DNA of 54,297 bases. Origin: an uncultured Spirochaetaceae bacterium. Its GTDB lineage: Bacteria > Spirochaetota > Spirochaetia > DSM-27196 > SKKC01. The stretch is taken from assembly GCA_964565375.1 (NCBI GenBank), contig CAZMEV010000007.1, positions 4,504 through 58,800 of the forward strand. Direction: 5' to 3'. Below, piece by piece: positions 34,321 through 43,055 of the stretch. How positions within the stretch are numbered: position 1 is the stretch's first letter; every line of letters starts with the position of its first letter. A program made the translations under genes and the position numbers. Below the pieces are notes generated by a model that was given only the letters and a program-made list of their open reading frames with translations, had not been told where the DNA came from and did no database searches.

Positions 34321-36483
34321 TCAGCCAACCTTTCCATTGAGCACACGTTGGACGGTGACGGGACGGCCATCGGCAACCAGTCGTGTTTCACCAACCTTCA
34401 CCTCGCCGCCTTCGGTACGAATCGGGTGTTCAAAAAAACCGTCAACGCTGATGCGTTTCGGACGTTCATCCGGCAGAGAAACACCCTCCGGTCCTACACG
34501 TGTTCCGGGAGCCACCCCTTCGAGAAAGACTACCTCAACGGTCTCACCTGACTCGTCCTCCGCTGCCAGGAGCATTCCCTGACTCTTCTCTCCGCGAAGT
34601 TTCGCCGGCTTCAGATTGTCGACGACGAGCACGGTTTTGCCTTCGAGTTCCTCAGGCGTGTAGTGACCGACGAGGCCACTGACGATCTGCCTCGGGGATC
34701 CCGAACCGTCGTCGATCTGCTCAACAAACAGCTTATCCGCTTCCGGGTGCTGCCGTACTTCAGTAATTTTTGCGGCTATCAGCTGAACCTGGGCGACGAA
34801 TTGATTCTCCGGCCGGTCGGCTTCCTGGCGCTGCGCCTGAGTGCCACTGAACCGGTCACGCAACGCCTGAATCTGATCATCCTCGAGTCGCTGGAAGAGC
34901 ACTTTCGGCTTGCGGATTTCCCTGATTCCTTCATGCACACCGAGCCGGCTCCACGACAGGTTCTCCACCCCGAGCAGCGACGCAATACGGTCACCGGCAT
35001 CGGGCATGAACGGGTGCACGAGGACCGCCAGATCCCGTACCAGATACACAAGGTCGGCTAGCAGTGCGCCCGCAGCCTCGGGATCGGTTTCGCGGGTACG
35101 CCAGGGCTCTCCCGCCTGGAACTTGCGGTTTCCGAGCGAACTCAATGCAAACACTTTGCGAAACGCCTGACGCAGCTGTGCCCACTCGAGATGTTCGGTG
35201 ATCTCCGATTGCAGCCTTGCTACCTCCGCGTTGAACTCGCTGTCCTGCCCCGCCCCTTCGGGCAGCTTACCGTCATAGTAGCGCTTTACAAAGGTCAGCG
35301 TACGGTTTACCAGATTCCCGAGGTTCCCGATAAGCTGTCCGTTAACCTGCTCCTGGAAATCGTCCCATGTGAACACCGAGTCACTTGTCTCGGGGCGATT
35401 GTAGAAAATGTAGAATCGCCAGACATCCGCCGGTATACCGGTGTCCTGACAGTCATTCCCGAAGACTCCAATGCCTTTGCTTTTGGAGAACTTCCCGCTC
35501 TCGTAGTTCAGGTACTCACTCGAACTCATGTGGTGGAGCAACGTCCACGTCTCGCCGGTTCCAAGGAGCGAACTCGGAAAGATTACCGTGTGGAACGGAA
35601 TGTTGTCCTTGCCTATGAACTGGAACAGCTCAACGTTCTCCGGATCGCGCCACCAGTACTCCCAGTCCTTCGTGTGAGTCGCCGTAATGGAGACATAGCC
35701 GATCGGCGCGTCAAACCAGACATAAAAGACCTTGTCGCGAAATCCTTCGAGCGGTACCGGAATACCCCACTTGAGATCACGAGTGATGCTGCGCTCCCGC
35801 AATCCGTCCCTGATCCAGCCCTGGGTCATCTGAAGTGCGTTATATGCCCAGCGACCGCGAACGCTTGCCTCGTCCATCCAGGCCTGGAGCTTCGGAAGAA
35901 TCGCCGGCAGGTTAATGTACAGATGCCGGGTCTTGCGGAGCACCGGTGTGGAGTTGTCGACTGTGCTTCGCGGATTAATGAGGTCGGAAGGATCGAGCAC
36001 TTTCCCGCAGCTCTCGCACTGATCGCCGCGCGCCTCTTCATATCCGCAGTGGGGACACGTTCCGCGGACATACCGGTCGGCCAGGAACATCTCGCTTTCT
36101 TCCGAGTACAACTGTTCAATTTCGTACTCGTTAATATAGCCGTTCTCGTACAGCTTCAGAAAAATGTGCTGAACAATTTCAGTCTGCTCCGGTGTCGATG
36201 TACGGCCGAACCGGTCGAACGCTATGTTGAACCAGTCGTAAATATCTTTATGGATCTTGTAATAGCGCGTGCAAAGCTGTTCGGGGGTAATTCCCTCCTC
36301 CCGGGCACGCGTTTCCGTGGCTGTTCCATACTCGTCGGTCCCACAGATATACAGCGTTTCGTAGCCGGCGAGACGGCAATAGCGCGCGAATACATCCGCG
36401 GACAGGACCTGGATCAAATTTCCGAGATGCGGAATATTGTTGACGTATGGAAGGGCTGAGGTAACAAGTCGACGTTTGTTCAT
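34321..36483 (-). CDS. metG: methionine--tRNA ligase with C-terminal tRNA-binding domain
   Basis: ALPYVNNIPHLGN (HIGH region), KFSKSKG (KMSKS) and the zinc knuckle CPHCGYEEARGDQCESCG are present. The ATG at 36483 gives a typical N-terminus; a GTG at 36504 is an alternative start. Confidence 0.95.
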   Translation of the reverse strand: MNKRRLVTSALPYVNNIPHLGNLIQVLSADVFARYCRLAGYETLYICGTDEYGTATETRAREEGITPEQLCTRYYKIHKDIYDWFNIAFDRFGRTSTPEQTEIVQHIFLKLYENGYINEYEIEQLYSEESEMFLADRYVRGTCPHCGYEEARGDQCESCGKVLDPSDLINPRSTVDNSTPVLRKTRHLYINLPAILPKLQAWMDEASVRGRWAYNALQMTQGWIRDGLRERSITRDLKWGIPVPLEGFRDKVFYVWFDAPIGYVSITATHTKDWEYWWRDPENVELFQFIGKDNIPFHTVIFPSSLLGTGETWTLLHHMSSSEYLNYESGKFSKSKGIGVFGNDCQDTGIPADVWRFYIFYNRPETSDSVFTWDDFQEQVNGQLIGNLGNLVNRTLTFVKRYYDGKLPEGAGQDSEFNAEVARLQSEITEHLEWAQLRQAFRKVFALSSLGNRKFQAGEPWRTRETDPEAAGALLADLVYLVRDLAVLVHPFMPDAGDRIASLLGVENLSWSRLGVHEGIREIRKPKVLFQRLEDDQIQALRDRFSGTQAQRQEADRPENQFVAQVQLIAAKITEVRQHPEADKLFVEQIDDGSGSPRQIVSGLVGHYTPEELEGKTVLVVDNLKPAKLRGEKSQGMLLAAEDESGETVEVVFLEGVAPGTRVGPEGVSLPDERPKRISVDGFFEHPIRTEGGEVKVGETRLVADGRPVTVQRVLNGKVG

Positions 36484-36539
36484 TATGCGCGTCACTGTAG
36501 ACACTGCCGGAAGCAGGAGTCAAGCTCGACGCCCGGCTT

Positions 36540-38435
36540 TTATCGTTCGGAAGAGAGGTGGAGGTTGATGTTACACCGCGCGCGCACACTATCGCGAAGC
36601 GATTCGAGCACCTTCCGGTTTCTCTCCGCTCTTTCCCCGTCCGCGACGAATCGTTCGTAGCGGGGCTTAAGCGCATCCACATACCGCGGGTGTGCAAGTT
36701 TGCGAAGAAGCTGCAGCACGCGACGCTCGTGCGTGCGACGCTCGCCCACCCCGCGCGGACCCCGACGCTCGCCCGCCCCGCGCGGACCCCGGCCCTCACC
36801 TGTGGACTGCCGCACACCAGAGGCCCGGCCCTGAACCGTGAAGTCCAACCCGAGCGAGTCTTGATCGGGGGATTCGAGAATCGAAAGGAGCACGTCGATC
36901 TCCTCGATATTGTCCCGGCAGGCTGCATACGAAAGATCGTCCTCGAGCTGTTCGAGAACGGTTTTATCAAGCTGCTGCAGATCCGATGACGGTGGAAGTC
37001 CCACAAGGCGGATGCCGGCCTCAAAGCGCGCAGAAGCGGCTTCGTCGACCGCTTGAATGGTTGAGCCGTCCTGCGACGCCGTGGCGGGCATGTTCACGGG
37101 ATCGAGCAGCAGCGCATCGAGCGAACCGAACCGCTCAAGTACACGTGCGGGCACGAACATGTTCCTTGAGTAGGCGGAAACACGAAAGGATCGGGCAATG
37201 TGTGCACCATCCCTCGCGACATTGCTCCGGGCCGGACGGGAATGTTCATTCCGCCGGACAACGAATGCGATCTCGGCGGTCTGATTTCTGCGGCCGGCGC
37301 TCTGACGGCCGCCGCGAAACTGTACATAATCAAAGCTGCGGATCTCTACGTCTCCGTACTGACTCAGGAGGTCGTAGAGCGCTTCAAACGGGACGATTCC
37401 CTCGGTATTGTAACTCAGGACGATGGTACCGGCGTCGATCGCCTCGAGCAGGTCGCTGAACGCGTCAACGGCCGAATTGCGCCGGCAGAAACTGCTTCGG
37501 GTTTCCCTCCAGTCCGCACGAATCCCGGCCTTCTCCCACAGACTTCCGTCACTGTTGCGGCTCCCGGATATCTCAGGCTTATCCCAGCGGGCAATCGTGT
37601 TGAGCATGAAATAATTGCTCCCGTACTGATGCTGGTTATAGGGAGGATCGAGATATGCGATGTCTCCCGAGTGACTCCGACAGAACTCTGCTGCATCGCA
37701 GACTTCAACGAGGGCTTTCGGCGCCTCGATAAGCGGCATGGGCTCGAGCTCGGCGGGAGCGAGAATGCGCGAGAGCGCATCCTTGCCATGGCCACCGAAG
37801 CCTTTGTGGTAGGCTTTGAACACACCTGATGTGTTGGCGTGAACGCTGGCCTCCACGAGCAGCGGGGCAATGAGAAGCGTGCGGGCCGCCTCGACGCTGT
37901 CTCGCCTCCTGTGTGCGGAATCGGGCGCGCCAGGAGGAAACCATCGATCTATCGTATCTCTGACTGCATCTATGAAGGCGGCGTTCTCGGTTGTATAGAA
38001 GAGCCGTTCTCTCCGGTAGTCGGCATGCTCGGTCGATTCGGGAGCGTAGGTACGCTCGATATATCCCGGTACTCGCGCAGGGTCCTTCGCGGCGTTACGA
38101 CCTATGGAATTGAGCTCGTCGATAGCAGCGCGGTATCCACCGTGCCCGCCGAGCACATGGTCGGCGTCATCGGGATTAAATGAGAGGGCTGCGCGGCACA
38201 GCACTCCGGCGTACTCCTCGATGTCGGACGCTTTTACCGAATACTGCCGCAGGCGCGCGAGCCTTGAAACAGAACCGCTGCCGGCAAAGGGATCGAGAAA
38301 CCGTGTTGCTCCGTCGGGTCTTTCAAGATCGCTGAACACCGAGGAAAGGAACTCGAGCAGACGTCGCTTGTTTCCAATGTAGGCGATGAGCTGCCGGGTG
38401 ACATATGGATGGTCGAGGTATTCTTGCTTTCGCAT
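36540..38435 (-). CDS. N6-adenine DNA methyltransferase (D12 class, Dam/FokI-like) with long C-terminal extension
   Basis: AYIGNKRRLL (motif X), LDPFAGSGS (motif I, SAM binding) and DPPYNQHQY (motif IV) occur in alpha-class order. About 240 C-terminal residues have no recognisable motif. Confidence 0.85.
   Translation of the reverse strand: MRKQEYLDHPYVTRQLIAYIGNKRRLLEFLSSVFSDLERPDGATRFLDPFAGSGSVSRLARLRQYSVKASDIEEYAGVLCRAALSFNPDDADHVLGGHGGYRAAIDELNSIGRNAAKDPARVPGYIERTYAPESTEHADYRRERLFYTTENAAFIDAVRDTIDRWFPPGAPDSAHRRRDSVEAARTLLIAPLLVEASVHANTSGVFKAYHKGFGGHGKDALSRILAPAELEPMPLIEAPKALVEVCDAAEFCRSHSGDIAYLDPPYNQHQYGSNYFMLNTIARWDKPEISGSRNSDGSLWEKAGIRADWRETRSSFCRRNSAVDAFSDLLEAIDAGTIVLSYNTEGIVPFEALYDLLSQYGDVEIRSFDYVQFRGGRQSAGRRNQTAEIAFVVRRNEHSRPARSNVARDGAHIARSFRVSAYSRNMFVPARVLERFGSLDALLLDPVNMPATASQDGSTIQAVDEAASARFEAGIRLVGLPPSSDLQQLDKTVLEQLEDDLSYAACRDNIEEIDVLLSILESPDQDSLGLDFTVQGRASGVRQSTGEGRGPRGAGERRGPRGVGERRTHERRVLQLLRKLAHPRYVDALKPRYERFVADGERAERNRKVLESLRDSVRARCNINLHLSSER
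36721..36789 (-). repeat. in-frame 27-bp tandem repeat within the methyltransferase C-terminal extension
   Basis: cgacgctcgccc(a/g)ccccgcgcggaccc occurs at 36736 and 36763, with a partial copy at 36721. It encodes GERRGPRG-type repeats. Confidence 0.85.
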
Positions 38436-38459
38436 AGCGGCGTTGGTAGGATAGCGCCA

Positions 38460-39986
38460 ATGGGCGCAAAAACGCTATCCACCCTGCTATCCGGGATATC
38501 CACCGGTAAGGTACGCGGGGATCTCGACACACCGATCACCGGCATAAGCTATGACTCACGCACCACGCAACCCGGCGATGCTTTCTTCGCGATCCAGGGC
38601 GAACACACCGACGGCCATAAATATATCGAGGATGCCATTCGTGCCGGCGCCGGGGCGATTATTCACACGAAACGTGTCTCGGCCGCCCGGGAGACGATTC
38701 CATTTGTGCAGTCTTCCTCCGTCCGACGGTTGCTCAGTGCTGCCGCGGCGGCTCATTACGATCACCCCTCACGCACCCTGTACTGTATCGGCGTCACGGG
38801 CACCGACGGGAAGAGCACGACCACGTACATGATCTATCAATTGCTGCGCTCACTCGGCGTAGCTGCCGGATTCATGTCAACGGTCTTTGTAGATACGGGC
38901 ACGGGTGTTCGAAAAAATCCGCTTCGACAGTCAACGCCGGAGGCCCCTGAGGTTCACAGGATACTTGCGGCCATGCGCGACAACGGGCTCACGCACGCGG
39001 TTGTCGAGGCGACCTCTCACGGCCTTTCGGAGAAGACATACCGCCTCGAGGACGTCTTCTGGAAGGGTGCAGTCTTCACAAACCTCGGCCATGAGCATCT
39101 GGAGTTTCACGGTTCATTCGAGCGCTACCGTTCGGACAAGACCCGGCTGTTTGCCGCGCTCGACCGCCGGGTTGAAACGGGTGCATGGGGAGAGTTCGGC
39201 GTCGTGAATGTCGACGATACGAATGCGTCCGCATTCCAGAACGCCACCGAACGGAGGCTGTTTACCTACAGCGCGGCGGGAAACCCCGCCGATATCCGCG
39301 CCTATAACATCGAGAGCGACGACCGCGGCAACCGTTTCGATGTGGAAGTCGAGGGTACACGGTTCAGCGGGCGATTGTCGTTCCCGGGTGATTTCAATGT
39401 CGGCAACGCGCTCGCCGCGCTTGCCGCGGCTCATCGGGCAAGCGGAATGCCGTGGGAAAAGGTCGGCTCGCACCTCGAACGACTGACTCCCCTCCCCGGC
39501 CGCATGCAGCGGATCGGTGAAGGACAGGGCTTCGACGTAATTGTGGATTTCGCCCATACGCCGGCAAGCTTCGAACACGTTCTCCCGGCGGTGAAAAGCC
39601 GCACCGCCGGCCGCCTGATCGTCGTGTTCGGTTCAGCCGGCGAACGTGACCGCGGAAAGCGAAAGCTTCAGGGGCAGATCGCCGACCGGTTCGCCGATAC
39701 AATTATCCTCGCCGACGAGGATCCGAGAGGAGAAGAGCCCGAGCGCATTCTCGAAGAGATAGCCGGCGGCTGCCGGTCGCACGAGCGAAATATCGACCTT
39801 CATCTTATTCCCGACCGGCGCGAAGCGATCCTCCGGGCATTGAAACTGGCAACCGCCGGTGACGCTGTGCTGCTTCTCGGCAAAGGACACGAGTCGGGTA
39901 TCATTTATTCGGATCGCACGGTTGAATGGGACGAAGCCGGCGTCGCCCGCGAACTACTCCACGAAATGGGATATCGAGATGGCTGA
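38460..39986 (+). CDS. murE: UDP-N-acetylmuramoyl-L-alanyl-D-glutamate--diamino-acid ligase
   Basis: GVTGTDGKSTT P-loop, DFAHTP and DEDPR (39714-39728) in the position of the DNPR specificity motif. The ATG at 38460 was chosen. Confidence 0.9.
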   Translation: MGAKTLSTLLSGISTGKVRGDLDTPITGISYDSRTTQPGDAFFAIQGEHTDGHKYIEDAIRAGAGAIIHTKRVSAARETIPFVQSSSVRRLLSAAAAAHYDHPSRTLYCIGVTGTDGKSTTTYMIYQLLRSLGVAAGFMSTVFVDTGTGVRKNPLRQSTPEAPEVHRILAAMRDNGLTHAVVEATSHGLSEKTYRLEDVFWKGAVFTNLGHEHLEFHGSFERYRSDKTRLFAALDRRVETGAWGEFGVVNVDDTNASAFQNATERRLFTYSAAGNPADIRAYNIESDDRGNRFDVEVEGTRFSGRLSFPGDFNVGNALAALAAAHRASGMPWEKVGSHLERLTPLPGRMQRIGEGQGFDVIVDFAHTPASFEHVLPAVKSRTAGRLIVVFGSAGERDRGKRKLQGQIADRFADTIILADEDPRGEEPERILEEIAGGCRSHERNIDLHLIPDRREAILRALKLATAGDAVLLLGKGHESGIIYSDRTVEWDEAGVARELLHEMGYRDG

Positions 39987-41157
39987 ACACAAACCGACGG
40001 GACACGAACCGAGGAACCAGGAAACCGGGGAAGAGGAACCGACGAAACAGGTGGTGGCAATTCTTTACGGCGGACGAAGCGGAGAGCACGAGGTTTCCCT
40101 CCAGTCGGCGACCAGCATCTGTCGAAACATCGACCTCGAAAAATACGACGTAATCCTCGTCGGAATTGACAAGGCCGGTGTGTGGTACCTGCAACCCGAT
40201 TCCCTGTTTGCGGCCGTGCGATCGGGGGAAACAGAGCTTTCGATCCGTACGGATACGCCCCGGGTCTACGCACTTCCTTCGGCGGGACTTGCAGCCGGGA
40301 ACACCGGCAACCTCGGCGTGGACATTGTGTTTCCCGTTCTTCACGGGACGTTCGGAGAGGACGGGACCGTGCAGGGCTATCTCTCGGTGGCAGGAGTTGC
40401 CTACGTTGGCTCGGACGCGGCCGGAAGCTCGATCGGTTTTGACAAGGCTATCGTAAAGTCACTCTGGCAGGATGCAGGATTGCCGATTGTTCCCTTTTTT
40501 ACGCTTGTTGCTTCGCAAACGGTAGCGGCGAATAGCGAGGAGTTCGCCCGCAGCGTGGAGCGACGTATTTTCGATGAGTTCGGAACCTATCCGGTTTTCG
40601 TAAAACCGGCACGCGGCGGCAGCAGTGTCGGCGTTTCGAGAGCATCAGGCAGGCAGGAGCTTCGAGATGCACTTGGCGAGGCAGCCCGTTTCGACTTTAA
40701 GCTCATGGTTGAGCCTTCCGTCCGGGGTCGTGAGATCGAGTGCTCGGTTACGGGAAACCTGGAGCCAAGAGCGTGGGAACTTGGTGAAGTTGTGCCCCGT
40801 CACGGGTTCTACGATTATCGCTCGAAATATGTCGACGACGACGCGGCCGCTCTGATTGTTCCCGCTGAACTCGAAACCGGTCTCAGCGATAGAATCCGGG
40901 AGATCGCGGTACAGGCGTACCGGGCAGGCGCGTGTCACGGGCTTGCGCGCGTGGATTTCTTCCTCGACGGTGACCGAATTCTTCTCAATGAGATCAACAC
41001 GATCCCCGGCTTTACGAGAATCAGCATGTTCCCGGTTCTCTGTCGCGAACGCGGCATTTCCTATCCGGAACTGATCGATCTTGTGCTCGAGCTTGCAGTC
41101 GAACACAAGACGCGGCTCGACTCGCTTGCCTTTGAGTACCCGGAAGACGAACGGTAA
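39979..41157 (+). CDS. ddl: D-alanine--D-alanine ligase
   Basis: VAILYGGRSGEHEVSL and EINTIPGFT motifs are present. The ATG at 39979 overlaps the murE stop by 8 nt. The N-terminus carries a roughly 25-aa charged extension. Confidence 0.9.
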   Translation: MAEHKPTGHEPRNQETGEEEPTKQVVAILYGGRSGEHEVSLQSATSICRNIDLEKYDVILVGIDKAGVWYLQPDSLFAAVRSGETELSIRTDTPRVYALPSAGLAAGNTGNLGVDIVFPVLHGTFGEDGTVQGYLSVAGVAYVGSDAAGSSIGFDKAIVKSLWQDAGLPIVPFFTLVASQTVAANSEEFARSVERRIFDEFGTYPVFVKPARGGSSVGVSRASGRQELRDALGEAARFDFKLMVEPSVRGREIECSVTGNLEPRAWELGEVVPRHGFYDYRSKYVDDDAAALIVPAELETGLSDRIREIAVQAYRAGACHGLARVDFFLDGDRILLNEINTIPGFTRISMFPVLCRERGISYPELIDLVLELAVEHKTRLDSLAFEYPEDER

Positions 41158-41160
41158 TCA

Positions 41161-41344
41161 CGGGTCGTGAGACATGCCGAGCGCCATGCAGACAGGGGCC
41201 TTAAGGCATGCAACCACGGCAGCGCACGGTGATCAGGTCTGCCGGGTCGCGAGACACGGCAAGCGCCATGCAGACAGGGGCCTTAAGGCATGCAACCACG
41301 GCAGCGCACGGTGATCAGGTCTGCCGGGTCGCGAGACACGCAGG
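41161..41344. repeat. 82-bp tandem repeat, about 2.2 copies
   Basis: Units start at 41161, 41243 and 41325 (partial). The last copies include the final 9 codons and stop codon of the lactonase gene. Confidence 0.9.
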
Positions 41345-42421
41345 GGCCGGAGTTGTGCAGCGCTCAACCTCTTCGAGATTTCCGGTCTTATCGTCGATGC
41401 TGAATACGCCTATGGTGTCCGAGTCGTGATTGGCCACGAGCAGGTGCTTCGCATCCGGATCAAAGGTCATATGCCGCGGGCTTTTGCCGCCGCTCGGCAC
41501 ATGGCCGAGCCACTCGAGCGTGCCGTCTTCCGGCTCGATTGCGTAGATCACAACGCTGTCATGCCCGCGATTGGATGCATACAGAAATTTTCCTGAAGGA
41601 TGCACGTTAATGGCGGCAGCGGCATTTGAGCCCGCATACCCCTGCGGCAACGTGGAAATCACCTGTCGTTCGACAAGTTTTTTGCCGGTTTCATCCCGGC
41701 CGAAGACGGCAACCGTCGAGTCGAGCTCGTTAATCAGGTAGCCACATACGCCGTCCGCTGCGAAGTCCATGTGACGCGGTCCTGCACCGGCGGCGGTGCG
41801 AATGGCCAGGGACGGTTCGGAAACAAGCCGGCCGTCCTCACTCCAGGAATAGGCATACACATGGTCGGCTCCAAGATCGGGCGCATAAATAATCCCGGTT
41901 ACCGGGTCGGCAATCGCCATATGGGCATGCGCCTTCGTCTGCATTGTGGGGTGCACACTTTCGCCTTCATGCTGCATAAGCTGTACCGGTTCATCGATTT
42001 CGCCGTTTTCGGATACAGGAATTCGGGCAAGTGATCCGCCAAGAAAGTTCGCCACCAGAAGGTTCTTCCCGTCACTGGTCAGCTTGACATGACATGGTCC
42101 CGCACCACCGGAGGTTACTGTCCTGACCGGAGTGAGCTCGCCTGAAAGGGAATCGATCGAAAAGGCGGTTACCGCACCACCGGTTTTTCCCCGCAGCGAA
42201 GCGACTTCATTAATCGCGTAGAGATACCGCCCGGAACGATCGACAATCAGAAAGGAGGGATTGGTGCTCTCGGCCGGTGGACATTCCTGCCAGAGATGCC
42301 CGGCAACCGGATCGAAGAGATATACATATACTCCGACGGCGGTTGTACCAGGTACCAGATCAAGATCCGGGGCAATGGGGGCTGTGTATGTACCTGCAAA
42401 TACACGGACAGGCTGCTGCAT
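41315..42421 (-). CDS. lactonase, 7-bladed beta-propeller family (6-phosphogluconolactonase-like)
   Basis: FAGTYT...GVYVYLFDPVAGHL...NPSFLIVDRSGRYLYAINE matches the YbhE/Pgl family signature. Confidence 0.8.
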   Translation of the reverse strand: MQQPVRVFAGTYTAPIAPDLDLVPGTTAVGVYVYLFDPVAGHLWQECPPAESTNPSFLIVDRSGRYLYAINEVASLRGKTGGAVTAFSIDSLSGELTPVRTVTSGGAGPCHVKLTSDGKNLLVANFLGGSLARIPVSENGEIDEPVQLMQHEGESVHPTMQTKAHAHMAIADPVTGIIYAPDLGADHVYAYSWSEDGRLVSEPSLAIRTAAGAGPRHMDFAADGVCGYLINELDSTVAVFGRDETGKKLVERQVISTLPQGYAGSNAAAAINVHPSGKFLYASNRGHDSVVIYAIEPEDGTLEWLGHVPSGGKSPRHMTFDPDAKHLLVANHDSDTIGVFSIDDKTGNLEEVERCTTPAPACLATRQT

Positions 42422-42451
42422 AGGAGCGATTCCTTCTTGTTAGCGTATCTA

Positions 42452-42967
42452 TTACCAGTGATCGAAGGCGACAATACGGTCGGTCGGAAGCCGGTCAAGG
42501 TGCGGCTTTTCCGCGTCCGAGTATCCCATGGTAATGAGCATGACCACTCGCATTGAGTACGGTACCGTCAGGATGGACTTAACCTCCTGCTCGTCGAACG
42601 TGGTAATCATACAGGTTCCGAGCCCTTCCCGGACAGCCTGTAAACTCATGAAACTTCCGGCGATACTCAAATCCACCGGGTAGGCAAGCTGGCCGTTCGG
42701 CATTTTGTAATCGACATTCGTCGTACAGAGAGCAACGGTAACCGGAGCGATCCCGACCCACTCCTGGCCGAAGCACGCGTCCTGAAGCCGTTGCCGAAGC
42801 GCTCCGTCCTGGGCGACGATAAATCGCCACGGCTGCCGATTTTTCGCGCTGGGGGCACGCCGCCCCGCTTCGACAATCCGGTCAATAGCGGCGCGATCGA
42901 CCTCATCCGCTGTGAACTCCCGCACACTGAATCTTTGCTCTATTTCGGGAAGTAGATCCATATCCAA
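42452..42967 (-). CDS. nitroreductase family protein
   Basis: 171 aa. RFSVREFTADEV...APSAKNRQPWRFIV is typical of the family. Confidence 0.85.
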   Translation of the reverse strand: MDMDLLPEIEQRFSVREFTADEVDRAAIDRIVEAGRRAPSAKNRQPWRFIVAQDGALRQRLQDACFGQEWVGIAPVTVALCTTNVDYKMPNGQLAYPVDLSIAGSFMSLQAVREGLGTCMITTFDEQEVKSILTVPYSMRVVMLITMGYSDAEKPHLDRLPTDRIVAFDHW

Positions 42968-43055
42968 ATTATCCTCGCATTCTTCGCTTCAGGCATTGCA
43001 ACAGGACGGTCGCTGCTTGACCGACGTCCGTTGCGGTCCGTAAGCTCGTAGCACA

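Noticed and set aside
35191-36459. 422-aa plus-strand ORF antisense to metG
   Set aside because: The reasoning is as for the lon antisense ORF. The metG frame carries HIGH, KMSKS and zinc-knuckle motifs, while the antisense product has none.
36248-37024. 258-aa minus-strand ORF bridging the metG start and the methyltransferase 3' end
   Set aside because: It is an alternative frame overlapping two well-supported genes, R/S/P-rich with no motifs.
38474-38506. Two DnaA-box-like 9-mers (ctatccacc and atatccacc)
   Set aside because: Each has 2 mismatches to TTATCCACA. They lie inside the murE coding sequence, and there is no AT-rich unwinding element or dnaA/dnaN context.
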